DNA of 64,000 nt from Chrysochromulina tobinii. Lineage: Eukaryota. The notes under the pieces are model-generated. The model worked only from the letters and a program-made list of their open reading frames with translations. It ran no database searches and was not told where the DNA came from. The translations under genes and the position numbers were made by a program. Below, piece after piece: positions 36,501 to 47,398 of the stretch. Each line of letters starts with the position of its first letter. Within the stretch, counting starts at the first letter, position 1. The stretch is from NCBI GenBank assembly GCA_001275005.1, contig JWZX01003345.1:1-64000 (forward strand), in the 5' to 3' direction.

Positions 36501-36917
36501 ATGGTGTCTTTATCCACTTCAGAAACGAAGTCTGCATACTTTGGCATAGGGCGCAGAAAAACTTCAGTAGCTAAAGTTATTTTAGTTCCAGGTACAGGTT
36601 CTATGATGGTAAATCAAAAACCGGGTGAGCTTTATATGCAGTTTAACTCACAGTATCTTACAACTTCTAAAATACCCTTAACTACTTTGGGATTAGAAAA
36701 TATGTATGATATTTACGTAAATACTCATGGTGGGGGTTTAAAAGGACAGGCTGATGCTATTAAACTTGGAGTTGCCCGTGCATTATGTTATATGTCGCCG
36801 GAAAACCGAACGTCTTTAAAACCAGATGGTTTTTTAACTCGTGACGCACGTCGTAAAGAAAGAAAAAAATATGGATTACGTAAAGCTAGAAAAGCTCCGC
36901 AATTCTCTAAACGTTAA
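36501..36917 (+). CDS. rps9: 30S ribosomal protein S9
   Basis: [27 protein letters not shown]. Confidence 0.98.
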   Translation: MVSLSTSETKSAYFGIGRRKTSVAKVILVPGTGSMMVNQKPGELYMQFNSQYLTTSKIPLTTLGLENMYDIYVNTHGGGLKGQADAIKLGVARALCYMSPENRTSLKPDGFLTRDARRKERKKYGLRKARKAPQFSKR

Positions 36918-36933
36918 AGTACGAATTTACAAA

Positions 36934-37149
36934 ATGGCAAAAGATTCAATACACCCTGAATGGTATCCTAACGCAAAGGTTTACTGTGATGGACAATTAG
37001 TTATGAAAGTAGGCTCAACGCAACCAAGATTAAATGTAGATATATGGTCCGGTAATCACCCATTTTATACGGGATCTCAAAAGATTCTTGATAGTGAAGG
37101 GCGAGTGGAAAGATTTATGCGCAAATACGGGATTAAAACTCAAGAGTAA
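36934..37149 (+). CDS. rpl31: 50S ribosomal protein L31
   Basis: [21 protein letters not shown] at 36934. Confidence 0.97.
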   Translation: MAKDSIHPEWYPNAKVYCDGQLVMKVGSTQPRLNVDIWSGNHPFYTGSQKILDSEGRVERFMRKYGIKTQE

Positions 37150-37160
37150 TTAAAAAACAT

Positions 37161-37538
37161 ATGCCAACAATACAGCAATTAGTGCGACTTGAAAGAGTGG
37201 CAATTAAAACGCAAACGAAATCACCCGCGCTGAAGTCTTGCCCGCAACGACGAGGTGTCTGTACACGTGTATACACTACAACACCAAAGAAACCCAATTC
37301 GGCGTTACGTAAAGTTGCACGTGTTAGATTAACCTCTGGCTTTGAGATAACAGCATACATACCAGGTATCGGTCATAATATTCAAGAACACTCTGTAGTT
37401 TTAATTCGCGGCGGTCGTGTTAAGGATCTACCTGGGGTTAGATACCACATTGTTCGTGGAACCTTAGATGCCGCTGGGGTAAAAGACAGAAAACGTAGTA
37501 GATCTAAATATGGTGGTAAAAAACCAAAAGGTTCATAA
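37161..37538 (+). CDS. rps12: 30S ribosomal protein S12
   Basis: [21 protein letters not shown]. Confidence 0.99.
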   Translation: MPTIQQLVRLERVAIKTQTKSPALKSCPQRRGVCTRVYTTTPKKPNSALRKVARVRLTSGFEITAYIPGIGHNIQEHSVVLIRGGRVKDLPGVRYHIVRGTLDAAGVKDRKRSRSKYGGKKPKGS

Positions 37539-37570
37539 AAGCAAAAGTTCAACAAAAATAGAATTTACCT

Positions 37571-38041
37571 ATGTCAAGAAGAAGTAGAGCTCAAAAAACA
37601 TTAGCAAATCCAGACCCTATTTATAATAGCCGCTTGGTTACATTATTAATAAGTCGAGTTTTACAAGCCGGAAAAAAATCACTTGCTCAGAAAATTGTAT
37701 ACGGTGCTTTAGAAATAATTTCCACTAAAACTGAAGAAAATCCAGTACTGTTATTAGAAAAAGCTGTAAAAAATGTTACTCCGGGAGTTGAAGTAAAAGC
37801 TCGACGTGTAGGAGGATCCACTTACCAAGTACCTATTGAAATTCGAGCGTATCGTGGAACAAACATCTCGTTAAAGTGGATTACAGAATTTGCTCGAGAA
37901 CGTTCTGGTAAGAGTATGGCGATGAAACTTTCAAACGAAATTTTAGACGCTGCAAAAGAAACCGGAAACAGCATAAGAAAAAAAGAGCAAACACATAAGG
38001 CGGCTGACGCAAATAAAGCATTCGCCCATTTTAGATATTAG
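37571..38041 (+). CDS. rps7: 30S ribosomal protein S7
   Basis: [21 protein letters not shown]. Confidence 0.98.
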   Translation: MSRRSRAQKTLANPDPIYNSRLVTLLISRVLQAGKKSLAQKIVYGALEIISTKTEENPVLLLEKAVKNVTPGVEVKARRVGGSTYQVPIEIRAYRGTNISLKWITEFARERSGKSMAMKLSNEILDAAKETGNSIRKKEQTHKAADANKAFAHFRY

Positions 38042-38112
38042 TCTTTCACATCTTATCTAAATGCATTTTACGCCAAAAGTATTTTAATAAAAAATTAAAT
38101 AAATAATTTCAA

Positions 38113-39339
38113 ATGGCACGCGAAAAGTTTGCAAGAACAAAACCGCACATTAATATTGGTACAATTGGTCACGTAGACCATGGTAAAACTACTTTAACAG
38201 CAGCAATTTCGGCAACACTAGCTATTTACAACAGAGGATTAGCAAAGAAGATTAGTGAAATTGATGCAGCCCCAGAAGAAAAAGCACGTGGTATTACTAT
38301 TAACACGGCTCATATCGAGTACGAGACTGCTGGTAGACACTATGCTCACGTAGATTGTCCAGGTCACGCGGATTACGTAAAAAATATGATTACGGGTGCT
38401 GCTCAAATGGACGGGGGAATTCTAGTAGTTTCCGCCGCGGATGGACCAATGCCTCAAACAAGAGAACATATTCTACTAGCAAAACAGGTAGGTGTACCTT
38501 ATCTTGTAGTATTTTTAAACAAGGTAGACCAAGTTGATGATGAAGAACTTTTAGAGCTTGTTAAATTAGAAGTACAGGAGCTATTAGAAAGTTATGATTT
38601 CCCTGGTGGGGAAATCCCATTTGTTTCCGGATCTGCTTTACTAGCGTTACAAGCCGTAGAAAATGGCCCTAAAGAAAGAGGTGAAGATAAGTGGGTAGAT
38701 TTAATTTTCGCCCTACTAGACGCCGTGGATAACTACATACCAACACCTGAACGTGATACAGAGAAGAAATTCTTAATGGCGATTGAAGACGTTTTCTCGA
38801 TTACAGGACGTGGTACTGTAGCAACAGGTCGAATTGAGAGAGGACAAGTAAACGTAGGAGATACTGTAGAATTAGTAGGTTTAAAAGAAACACGTAGCAC
38901 AACTGTAACTGGTATTGAGATGTTCCAAAAGACACTTGATTCAGGTATGGCAGGTGATAACGTAGGAATCCTTATTCGAGGTATCCAAAAGACTGAAATT
39001 GAACGTGGAATGGTACTTGCATTACCTGGTTCAATAACTCCACACAAAAAGTTTGAAGCCGAAGTTTATGTTTTAAGTAAAGAGGAAGGTGGAAGACACA
39101 CTCCTTTCTTTACCGGTTACCGTCCACAATTTTACGTTCGTACAACAGACGTAACAGGGACAATTGTAAAATTTACAGGTGATGACGGAAGTACAGCAGA
39201 AATGGTAATGCCAGGTGACCGCATCAAAATGACTACTGAACTATTAAATCCAATTGCAATTGAGCAAGGTATGCGTTTTGCAATTAGAGAAGGTGGACGA
39301 ACTGTAGGTGCTGGTGTGGTATCGAAAATTTTAGAATAA
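38113..39339 (+). CDS. tufA: Elongation factor Tu
   Basis: [25 protein letters not shown]. Confidence 0.99.
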   Translation: MAREKFARTKPHINIGTIGHVDHGKTTLTAAISATLAIYNRGLAKKISEIDAAPEEKARGITINTAHIEYETAGRHYAHVDCPGHADYVKNMITGAAQMDGGILVVSAADGPMPQTREHILLAKQVGVPYLVVFLNKVDQVDDEELLELVKLEVQELLESYDFPGGEIPFVSGSALLALQAVENGPKERGEDKWVDLIFALLDAVDNYIPTPERDTEKKFLMAIEDVFSITGRGTVATGRIERGQVNVGDTVELVGLKETRSTTVTGIEMFQKTLDSGMAGDNVGILIRGIQKTEIERGMVLALPGSITPHKKFEAEVYVLSKEEGGRHTPFFTGYRPQFYVRTTDVTGTIVKFTGDDGSTAEMVMPGDRIKMTTELLNPIAIEQGMRFAIREGGRTVGAGVVSKILE

Positions 39340-39354
39340 TTTTTCGTAAAACTT

Positions 39355-39675
39355 ATGAACGCATTAAAATGTGAAAAACTTCGCATCAGTCTAAAAGCTT
39401 ATGAATCTACAGTTTTAGATCAATCTTGTCAAAAAATTATTGAGGCAATTAAGGGTAGTGGTTTAGAGGCTGTTGGTCCCGTACCCATGCCGACAAAGAT
39501 AAGACGTTATTGTGTATTAACTTCTCCTCACGTAAATAAAGATGCACGTGAACATTTTGAAATTAGAACACATAAACGTATAATTGACATTTACGCCCCA
39601 ACAGAAACAACGTTTGAAAACTTAAAAGAATTAGATATTTCTGCCGGTGTAGACGTTGAAGTTAAAAATTACTAA
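39355..39675 (+). CDS. rps10: 30S ribosomal protein S10
   Basis: GPVPMPT, SPHVNKDAREHFE. Confidence 0.97.
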   Translation: MNALKCEKLRISLKAYESTVLDQSCQKIIEAIKGSGLEAVGPVPMPTKIRRYCVLTSPHVNKDAREHFEIRTHKRIIDIYAPTETTFENLKELDISAGVDVEVKNY

Positions 39676-39679
39676 ATAA

Positions 39680-39743
39680 ATTTTAAGCAAAAACAAAATC
39701 TCTTTTTACTTTAGTAAAAAGAGATTTTGTTTTTGCTTAAAAT
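39680..39743. terminator. 31-bp perfect inverted repeat between rps10 and convergent trnD
   Basis: ATTTTAAGCAAAAACAAAATCTCTTTTTACT-tt-exact reverse complement. Confidence 0.85.
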
Positions 39744-39799
39744 ATATTAATACCCAATTACAATAATTTTGTATAAAAATCGATTTAAATTTAAATAAA

Positions 39800-39873
39800 C
39801 GAGACTGACGGGACTCGAACCCGCAACTTCCGCCGTGACAGGGCGGTGCTCTAACCAATTGAACTACAGTCCC
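39800..39873 (-). tRNA. trnD: tRNA-Asp(GUC)
   Basis: GGGACTGTAGTTCAATTGG...CTGTCAC...GGTTCGAGTCC. Confidence 0.96.
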
Positions 39874-39892
39874 TCTTGTTGCTATAGCGTTT

Positions 39893-39922
39893 ATTATAGA
39901 TTATTTAAACACTATAGGTCAA
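39893..39922 (-). promoter_or_regulatory. Sigma70-type promoter for trnD
   Basis: TTGACC-N18-TATAAT on the minus strand. Confidence 0.6.
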
Positions 39923-39954
39923 GTGAGGAATCGGAGAACGAATTTAACTTTTTA

Positions 39955-40902
39955 CTAAAGGAATGATATGTCATTCGATTTTTGCGTTTTTTCGTAATTT
40001 GTTTCTCTTAATTTTTTTAAAATTTTACTAAAATATTCTTGAAGATAACTTTCAAGACTTAAACGGCCATTTGGCCAATCAACCTCATTGTTTGGCTTAA
40101 CAATCGTTTTCGAATCATTAACTACTTCACCAAACTGCAAACGATCTGCAATGTTCCATGTAAATTCAAAAAGACGGAAGAAACGACGCAGTAAACTAAA
40201 AGCAAGAAAAGGAATATAGGAAATATTTGCTCTCTTACCACATAAGCGTTCACAAAGTTCGATAATTTCATTAGAGGCCCAAAATTTTTCGCCAATAAGA
40301 GAAACAATTTTGTTATCGTAAGAAGATTTGTTTAATGCATTTACAACAGCCTTTGCAGCGTCTTGAGTATCTAAGTAAGCCACCGGAGCGGCGTTACCCT
40401 GTACCCAAATGGTTTCGTTTTCTAAAATTGGAAGAGCGTACTGGCTTATTAAACCCTGAAAAAATCCAGAGCATTGAAAAATAGTATAATTTAAACCAGA
40501 AGTTGTTATTTTTTCTTCAATTTTTAACTTTAAATCCATTAATGGGATTGAAGAATTAGCTGAAGCGTTTAAAACACCAAAAGAAATAAATTTTTTTAGA
40601 CCGACGATTTTGCTAGCTTCTAATAAAGCCAATTTTCCACGCCAATCAATAGTTTCGGCAGTATAACTACTTGTCGAACGGATCGTAGAAGAATCTATCA
40701 CCGTGGTAACTCCTTTTAAAGCTAGTGGAATCGTTGATGGAATTGAAAGGTCACCATAAATAAGTTCCGCACCCCATTCTTTCAAAAAAGCACCCCGCCG
40801 AAAATCTCTTACCATACATTTAACTTGGTATCCCTCGTCAATTGCTTGTCTTACAATTTGACGTCCAAGGGTACCTGTTCCACCTATTACAAGTATGCTC
40901 AT
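39955..40902 (-). CDS. ycf39: Ycf39, NAD(P)-binding atypical SDR (PSII assembly)
   Basis: ILVIGGTGTLGRQIV, FLKEWGAEL, FEFTWNIADRL. Confidence 0.95.
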   Translation of the reverse strand: MSILVIGGTGTLGRQIVRQAIDEGYQVKCMVRDFRRGAFLKEWGAELIYGDLSIPSTIPLALKGVTTVIDSSTIRSTSSYTAETIDWRGKLALLEASKIVGLKKFISFGVLNASANSSIPLMDLKLKIEEKITTSGLNYTIFQCSGFFQGLISQYALPILENETIWVQGNAAPVAYLDTQDAAKAVVNALNKSSYDNKIVSLIGEKFWASNEIIELCERLCGKRANISYIPFLAFSLLRRFFRLFEFTWNIADRLQFGEVVNDSKTIVKPNNEVDWPNGRLSLESYLQEYFSKILKKLRETNYEKTQKSNDISFL

Positions 40903-41020
40903 AAATTCCTAATTAATCCAAAGTATATTGTTAGTATAACAGCCTAACAAAATTAGATATAGAATATGTCTAGGTAAAACTAATAATAATTAAGTTTAAT
41001 ACGAAATCATAAGATTTTGT

Positions 41021-41049
41021 TTGTACATTTAAGAGTTAAATGTTAATAT
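41021..41049 (+). promoter_or_regulatory. Sigma70-type promoter for trnY
   Basis: TTGTAC-N17-TAATAT with TGn extended -10. Confidence 0.5.
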
Positions 41050-41061
41050 AAAAACCATACG

Positions 41062-41143
41062 GGGTCGATGCCCGAGCGGTTAATGGGGACGGATTGTAAA
41101 TCCGTTAGCATAGCTTACGTTGGTTCAAATCCGACTCGACCCA
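41062..41143 (+). tRNA. trnY: tRNA-Tyr(GUA)
   Basis: GGGTCGATGCCCGAGCGG...TTGTAAA...long variable arm...GGTTCAAATCC. Confidence 0.96.
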
Positions 41144-41308
41144 ATCATTAAAATAAATGCTTTAAATAATTAAAACTATATTATAATTTATTACTATACA
41201 AGAGTAGAATACTATTTTAGACTTTTAAAATGCAAAAATCTGGTTGCTTAAGAAAAGTTCTATATAAGTTCAAAGCTACATACTAAAATAAATTTTGTTG
41301 TAAATAAC

Positions 41309-41734
41309 ATGACAGATATATTAAACTTACAAATTCCTTCTCCAACATTCGGAGGTAGTACTGGTGGTTGGTTACGATCAGCAGAAACAGAAGAAAAATA
41401 CGCTATTACATGGACTAGTAAAAAAGAGCAAATATTTGAAATGCCTACTAGTGGTGCAGCAATTATGAAAAGTGGTGAAAATCTTCTTTATTTAGCAAAA
41501 AAAGAGCAATGTTTAGCTCTTGGTACACAATTAAGAACCTTATTTAAAATAAGTGACTACAAAATTTACCGCATTTTCCCTAACAGCGAAGTGCAGTATT
41601 TACATCCAAAAGATGGTATCTTCCCGGAAAAACTGAACCAAGGACGTGTTGGAGTTGGAAACGTTGGTCATTCTATCGGAAAGAATCCTCAACCCGTAAG
41701 TGTAAAATTTACAGGAAAAAGTACGTACGATTAA
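41309..41734 (+). CDS. psaD: Photosystem I subunit II
   Basis: [29 protein letters not shown]. Confidence 0.98.
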   Translation: MTDILNLQIPSPTFGGSTGGWLRSAETEEKYAITWTSKKEQIFEMPTSGAAIMKSGENLLYLAKKEQCLALGTQLRTLFKISDYKIYRIFPNSEVQYLHPKDGIFPEKLNQGRVGVGNVGHSIGKNPQPVSVKFTGKSTYD

Positions 41735-41888
41735 AGAAACGTTTTATTTGTTAAAAAAAACGTTAAGGTGAATTATCTTTGTTAATCGTCTCGATTTTTG
41801 AGTAATATAAGGTTACAAAAGCTATAATTTTATCTAGAAGAATATTTAATTAACTATTTGAAAAGTATAATTAGAACTTTAAATTCAT

Positions 41889-42380
41889 ATGCTAAAAAAT
41901 AAAGTATTAGCCGGGGCGGTATTAGCGAGTCTTCTTGCTACAAGCAACATTGGACCTGTTAAAGCACTAGAATTAGACGAAGATACACGTACAGTTACTC
42001 TCGATTCTAAAGGGAATAGCGTAGTACTTACTGCGGAGCAAGTAAAACGTGGAAAGCGTCTATTTAACAACGCCTGTGGTACATGTCACGTAGGCGGTTT
42101 AACAAAAACAAATCCTAACGTAGGTCTGGACACGGAATCCCTTAGTTTAGCCACTCCACCACGCGATAGTGTTACTAGTCTAGTAGCATACTTTAAGGAT
42201 CCAATGACTTATGATGGATTAGATTCAATTTCTGAAGTACACCCAAGTATTAAGAGTGCCGATATCTTTCCGAAGATGCGTTCTTTAACTGACGAGGATT
42301 TATTTGCTATCGCAGGTTACATTTTACTTCAACCTAAAGTAGTTAACGAAAAGTGGGGTGGTGGTAAGATTTACTACTAA
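41889..42380 (+). CDS. psbV: Cytochrome c550
   Basis: CGTCH heme motif; KWGGGKIYY; signal peptide. Confidence 0.98.
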   Translation: MLKNKVLAGAVLASLLATSNIGPVKALELDEDTRTVTLDSKGNSVVLTAEQVKRGKRLFNNACGTCHVGGLTKTNPNVGLDTESLSLATPPRDSVTSLVAYFKDPMTYDGLDSISEVHPSIKSADIFPKMRSLTDEDLFAIAGYILLQPKVVNEKWGGGKIYY

Positions 42381-42402
42381 ATATATTATTCACATTTTTT
42401 AC

Positions 42403-42524
42403 CCAGGGGAAAAGCTATAAAGAAATTTCTTTATTTCCCCTGGCATAATTTGAATTAAAGATCCTGTTTTTATAAAATTAGTAAATTAAAAGATCAACAT
42501 TAATTCTTTTAATTTACTAATTTT
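42403..42524. terminator. Two tandem hairpins downstream of psbV
   Basis: CCAGGGGAAA/TTTCCCCTGG (42403-42443) and 20-bp arms AAAATTAGTAAATTAAAAGA/TCTTTTAATTTACTAATTTT (42474-42524). Confidence 0.65.
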
Positions 42525-42639
42525 TCATTGGCTCCTAACCATTAACCACATAAACAATTTAGAAATAGAACAATATAAAACAAAAAATTAAATTTTCATA
42601 TAAAAGTTTTACAAATATTAAAACGTAAGGCGAGGACCC

Positions 42640-43104
42640 ATGACGAAAAAAAATAGTAGCGGATTGACGCATCCTTTAAACCTAAATTTTTTAATATGTA
42701 GTGTTCTTACACTAGACCCTCTTAATAATTTTTTTAAAAAAATAGATATAAAAAGCGATTTGTATCTAAACCCAAATACCCAAAACCAAGGCAGTATTTT
42801 ATGGCTTCTTTGTATAAAAGCCTATGATACCGAATTTTACGAATTATTAAATAGACATTCACTACGAGAGGCCGCTTATGAGATAATTAAACCTCTAATA
42901 ATAACTCGTAAATCTAATTTGACACTCAGTAAAACAAATTCTTATCCAAAAAAACGTGAACTCTTAAAAAAGTATTTAAAAAAATATAAAGTTTTATACA
43001 AAAAATATTTTTTAACCCATTACCAAAAATCAAATACAATTAAAACCGATAAAATTATTAATCACTTTGCCTTGCATGCGTTGTTTTTACTTGTTGGCAT
43101 TTGA
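42640..43104 (+). CDS. Hypothetical protein ORF154 (possibly a divergent DUF3038-like protein)
   Basis: 154-codon ORF with GAGGA SD-like motif upstream, filling the psbV-ycf20 gap; family call is from visual resemblance only. Confidence 0.6.
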   Translation: MTKKNSSGLTHPLNLNFLICSVLTLDPLNNFFKKIDIKSDLYLNPNTQNQGSILWLLCIKAYDTEFYELLNRHSLREAAYEIIKPLIITRKSNLTLSKTNSYPKKRELLKKYLKKYKVLYKKYFLTHYQKSNTIKTDKIINHFALHALFLLVGI

Positions 43105-43164
43105 ATAAAAAATTACATACATTTATAAAAAACGTCTTGTAAAATTTATACCTGAAATAAAAAA

Positions 43165-43437
43165 ATGCTCTTTAGTTTAATTAGTTTTTTTGGCGGCTTT
43201 CTTGCTTCTAGTTTAATTGATACAAGTTTGGGGGAATTTAGCGAATGGGCTGTGGTTGGAAGTTCGATACTTGTAGCTACCGTAGAAGGCTTTAATGCTT
43301 TTTATTTTTCTTATAAACGCACCCAAGTTATTTTTCGTACAAGCTCATATTTGGGAATACTTTTTGACCTTTTAAACTACTTCAAATTAGGCCTAGTATA
43401 TGGATTAATTGTAGACGCGTTTAAATTAGGAAGTTAA
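43165..43437 (+). CDS. ycf20: Ycf20 (DUF565)
   Basis: LLNYFKLGLVYGLIVDAFKLGS C-terminal signature. Confidence 0.92.
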   Translation: MLFSLISFFGGFLASSLIDTSLGEFSEWAVVGSSILVATVEGFNAFYFSYKRTQVIFRTSSYLGILFDLLNYFKLGLVYGLIVDAFKLGS

Positions 43438-43528
43438 TATATTGAGATAAGGAGTTTTACAAAGTTTTATGCAGTAATTTACGCATTAGAATATAATTTC
43501 TAACAAGAACTCATATGAAAAATTAGAA

Positions 43529-43621
43529 ATGATTACAGATTCTCAGATTTTCTTCGCCTTAATGATCGCCTTAACTGCAGCAATTTTAGCAATTGGGTTA
43601 GGACGCCAGCTTTATGTTTAG
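43529..43621 (+). CDS. psaM: Photosystem I subunit XII
   Basis: Manual translation MITDSQIFFALMIALTAAILAIGLGRQLYV. Confidence 0.93.
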   Translation: MITDSQIFFALMIALTAAILAIGLGRQLYV

Positions 43622-43655
43622 TTTAAGTCTAAACAACATCTAAAATAAAATTTAA

Positions 43656-43706
43656 AAAGATCCAAGAAATATACATTATTTTAAAATGCATATTTCTTGG
43701 ATCTTT
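43656..43706. terminator. Hairpin between convergent psaM and ccsA
   Basis: AAAGATCCAAGAAATAT / ATATTTCTTGGATCTTT. Confidence 0.75.
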
Positions 43707-43746
43707 GCTCCTGGTTGTAGCATAAGCTGTTTAAGTCTTTACGATT

Positions 43747-44700
43747 TTAAAGTTGACCGTATGTATGTAAACCTTTACCTAAGAAATTGACTCCTAAGTA
43801 ACAAATCCAAACTACAATAAACCCAAGGGCTGCAATAATCGCAGGTTTCCGACCCTGCCATGATCGTGTAATCCGAGCATGTAAATAAGAAGCAAAAACT
43901 AACCAAGTAATTAAAGCCCAAGTTTCTTTTGGATCCCAACTCCAGTAAGTGCCCCACGCTTCGTTGGCCCAAACAGCCCCAGCGATGATTCCAATAGTAA
44001 GTAGTGGGAAACCAAAACTAATAGTGCGGTAACTAAGGTTATCTAAACTTTCTAAAAGGCTTAATCTTTTAGGTTTTGATGGAATTGCTATAGTAACGTC
44101 ATCCGTAATGAGGTTCGAATAAATTTCCGTAGAATCCTCTTTATAGAACGCTGTATTAACAAGATTAGGGTCTGAAAAATTGGTCCCATAAGAATTACCT
44201 TGTAAAGTGACCTCTTCTCGGCCACTAGTCAAAATAAGGAAAAGGATACCTAATAGTGAACCAACGATTAAACTTGCGTAACTTAACATCATTACCGTAA
44301 CATGCATCATTAACCAATTCGATTTTAATGCAGGTACAAGCGGTGAAGGTGCTTGCATATTTTCGGGTAGGGATATACTAGCAAACCCAACAACAAATAA
44401 TGAAATAGGACTACTAATAGAACCTATTATAGATGTAAGTGTTTTATACTCAAGGACAACACTCGTAAAAGTAATGCCCCATGCAAGGAACATTAAGGAT
44501 TCATACAAATTACTTAAAGGAAAATACCCATAGTTTAACCAACGTAGTCCTAATAAAGTAAAAATTAATCCGTTTACTAGAACATTACCGAAAAAACTTA
44601 GTTTATTTAAAATTTTAAAGTTGGTAAAAATTAAGCTGGACCAATAAAGTATTGTAACAAACAATAGGAGTAAAAATATAAGGTTATCTAGAGACGCCAT
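43747..44700 (-). CDS. ccsA: Cytochrome c biogenesis protein CcsA
   Basis: PLSNLYESL, WLMMHV, WANEAWGTYWSWDPKETW. Confidence 0.98.
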   Translation of the reverse strand: MASLDNLIFLLLLFVTILYWSSLIFTNFKILNKLSFFGNVLVNGLIFTLLGLRWLNYGYFPLSNLYESLMFLAWGITFTSVVLEYKTLTSIIGSISSPISLFVVGFASISLPENMQAPSPLVPALKSNWLMMHVTVMMLSYASLIVGSLLGILFLILTSGREEVTLQGNSYGTNFSDPNLVNTAFYKEDSTEIYSNLITDDVTIAIPSKPKRLSLLESLDNLSYRTISFGFPLLTIGIIAGAVWANEAWGTYWSWDPKETWALITWLVFASYLHARITRSWQGRKPAIIAALGFIVVWICYLGVNFLGKGLHTYGQL

Positions 44701-44796
44701 TTAAATAAGGGGTTAGGTTAATACCTATATTCAATTTGAAATTAATAATATGTATGTTAGGTTTCTTTTTATATAAAAGAAACCTATAGGTCTAGT

Positions 44797-44907
44797 CTAG
44801 ATTACTTCTTCCTGTTCAATAAGAACGAAAAATAATGCGAAACAAATACCAGGAAATATAAGTGTAACAACTGGTACTAAAATTGGGGGTAAAAATGCTG
44901 CTGTCAT
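44797..44907 (-). CDS. psaI: Photosystem I subunit VIII
   Basis: Manual translation [36 protein letters not shown]. Confidence 0.93.
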   Translation of the reverse strand: MTAAFLPPILVPVVTLIFPGICFALFFVLIEQEEVI

Positions 44908-45195
44908 GCCGTTTCTAATTTCTAAGTAAATTATTCGTTACGTAGCTTATCTAAAAAAGAAAGCATCAGTAAATAAGCGTAACATAAGATAGTATGCTGA
45001 CTTATATTTTAGTACATTATTAAATAAATTTCGCGTTTGCAGTCACCAAAACCTACAACATTGAGGCGGTTAACCCTTTAATAAAGACTTTTGAAATTCT
45101 CTGGTAACCCAAGAAAAAATAAACTTAAGCAAATTTAAAGGTTGACAAGTGTAGGAAAGTATTCTTAACTATTAAGTTTAATGTAGTAATAATTT

Positions 45196-45212
45196 CGCGG
45201 GATAGAGCAGTT

Positions 45213-45244
<32 letters not shown>

Positions 45245-45269
45245 AATGGTTCAAATCCGTTTCCCGCTA
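45196..45269 (+). tRNA. trnfM: Initiator tRNA-fMet(CAU)
   Basis: C1-U72 mismatch, three G-C pairs in the anticodon stem, CAT anticodon. Confidence 0.95.
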
Positions 45270-45328
45270 GAATTGAGAACAAATATTAATATGATGAATT
45301 ACAAAATTCCATTTATATTTTAGAAAAA

Positions 45329-45359
45329 AAAAACAGAAGGCTTAGAGCCTTCTGTTTTT
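45329..45359. terminator. Hairpin at the psbA 3' end
   Basis: AAAAACAGAAGGCT-tag-AGCCTTCTGTTTTT with long U-run on the minus strand. Confidence 0.8.
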
Positions 45360-45381
45360 ATTAAGTACTAGATTGTACTAA

Positions 45382-46464
45382 TTACGCAGCAACAGCTGGA
45401 GCAACTAGAGCAACTGGTAGAGACTCACCAGCAGCTAGATCTAGAGGGAAGTTGTGAGCGTTACGCTCGTGCATAACTTCCATACCTAGGTTTGAACGGT
45501 TAAGAATGTCAGCCCAAGTGTTGATTACACGACCTTGTGAATCTACAACTGACTGGTTGAAGTTGAAACCGTTTAGGTTGAATGCCATAGTAGCTACACC
45601 CATAGATGTTAACCAGATACCAACTACTGGCCAAGCACCTAGGACGAAGTGAAGTGCACGTGAGTTGTTGAATGAAGCGTATTGGAAGAATAGACGACCT
45701 AAGTAACCGTGAGCTGCAACGATGTTGTAAGTCTCTTCTTCTTGACCGAACTTGTAACCGTAGTTAGCAGATTCGTTCTCAGTAGTTTCACGGATTAGAG
45801 ATGAAGTTACTAGAGAACCGTGCATAGCTGAGAATAGAGAACCACCGAATACACCAGCAACACCAAGCATGTGGAATGGGTGCATAAGGATGTTGTGCTC
45901 AGCTTGGAATACAAGCATGAAGTTGAAAGTACCAGAGATACCTAGAGGCATACCATCTGAGAAAGAACCTTGACCGATTGGGTAGATTACGAATACTGCA
46001 GATGCTGCAGCTACTGGAGCTGAGAAAGCAACACAGATCCATGGACGCATACCTAGACGGTAAGAAAGCTCCCACTCACGACCGATGTAAGCACATACAC
46101 CAATGAAGAAGTGGAAAACAACTAGTTGGTAAGTACCACCGTTGTATAGCCACTCATCGATTGAAGCAGCTTCCCAGATTGGGTAGAAGTGAACACCGAT
46201 AGCGTTTGAACTTGGAACTACAGCACCAGAGATGATGTTGTTTCCGTAAAGTAGAGAACCAGCAACTGGCTCACGGATACCATCGATATCTACTGGAGGT
46301 GCTGCGATAAAAGCAATAACGTAAGCTGAAATAGCTGTAAGTAGAGTAGGGAACATTAGACAACCGAACCAACCAATGTATAGTCTGTTCTCAGTTGAAG
46401 TGATCCATGCGCAGAATTGCTCCCAGAAGCTTGCGCTCTCGCGTCTTTGTAAAGTTGTAGTCAT
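45382..46464 (-). CDS. psbA: Photosystem II D1 protein
   Basis: 360 aa; [24 protein letters not shown]; 16-aa C-terminal extension. Confidence 0.99.
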   Translation of the reverse strand: MTTTLQRRESASFWEQFCAWITSTENRLYIGWFGCLMFPTLLTAISAYVIAFIAAPPVDIDGIREPVAGSLLYGNNIISGAVVPSSNAIGVHFYPIWEAASIDEWLYNGGTYQLVVFHFFIGVCAYIGREWELSYRLGMRPWICVAFSAPVAAASAVFVIYPIGQGSFSDGMPLGISGTFNFMLVFQAEHNILMHPFHMLGVAGVFGGSLFSAMHGSLVTSSLIRETTENESANYGYKFGQEEETYNIVAAHGYLGRLFFQYASFNNSRALHFVLGAWPVVGIWLTSMGVATMAFNLNGFNFNQSVVDSQGRVINTWADILNRSNLGMEVMHERNAHNFPLDLAAGESLPVALVAPAVAA

Positions 46465-46917
46465 GATTAAATTTGAGTTAAGTTAAATGTTTTTGGTCTT
46501 GAAAACCTCCCAGGAATAACTTCCTGTTAAATATATTATTAGCAACAAACATAGACTTTATTATTACATTTTTTTTAAAAAAATAGACTAATAATTAATG
46601 ACGTAAATTTAAATGGGGCTACGGGGTAATTTATCGTCAAGGATACTTATTATTAGAGAATAAAAAATCCTAGTCATCGGTGCAGTGTTAAAAGGAAATT
46701 TGGACGTCAACTTTAAATTAGGTATTAAAAAGTTAAGAAAACATACCTTCTCTAAGGTTTTAGCTTTTATCATAAAAAGTATCAATCATAGTTTTAAAAA
46801 CTAAGATATTTAATTTAGTACTTTAAAGAAGTATTGCTTTTCTTTAGTTGATAATTTAATAGGGTAAAGGTGATTTATTAATTTAAATCACCTTGCCTAT
46901 TAGTAAATATTAAACTT

Positions 46918-47235
46918 TTACAAACATTCAGGAACAGACTGTTCTAATAATTTTGTTGTAACGAAACGTAACAAACTTTCGTCTCGTTGAAGCTCTGTAT
47001 CAAGTTGTTTTATAACTTGACCATTCCCTAAGTAAATCATTTGAATATACATAGCGGTATCAAAGTTTTTGATAGCGTAGGCTAGTGAGATTTTACCATT
47101 ATTCTTAACCATTACTTGACTACCCTTTCCTGTTAAAAAATCTCTGTAACGTTCAATTTTTGTTTTAAGTTCTTGTTCTGTTAAACTAATTTTAAAGAAC
47201 AGAACAAGTTCATACATTTTTAATTCTTCTTGCAT
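46918..47235 (-). CDS. rps6: 30S ribosomal protein S6
   Basis: YELV, G...LAYAIK, LQRDESLLRF. Confidence 0.9.
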   Translation of the reverse strand: MQEELKMYELVLFFKISLTEQELKTKIERYRDFLTGKGSQVMVKNNGKISLAYAIKNFDTAMYIQMIYLGNGQVIKQLDTELQRDESLLRFVTTKLLEQSVPECL

Positions 47236-47398
47236 AAAAAATTATAAGGGTTTTATTGAATTCCAAGAATCGACAGCTTTTGCTTATTAATATAATAAAC
47301 TCAATTATACTCTGCAAGACATAAATAAAACTTTATAGCTTATAAAAGTGTGTGCAATTATATTGTATAATAATTTCAATAAAAAAAAGTAAACTAAG

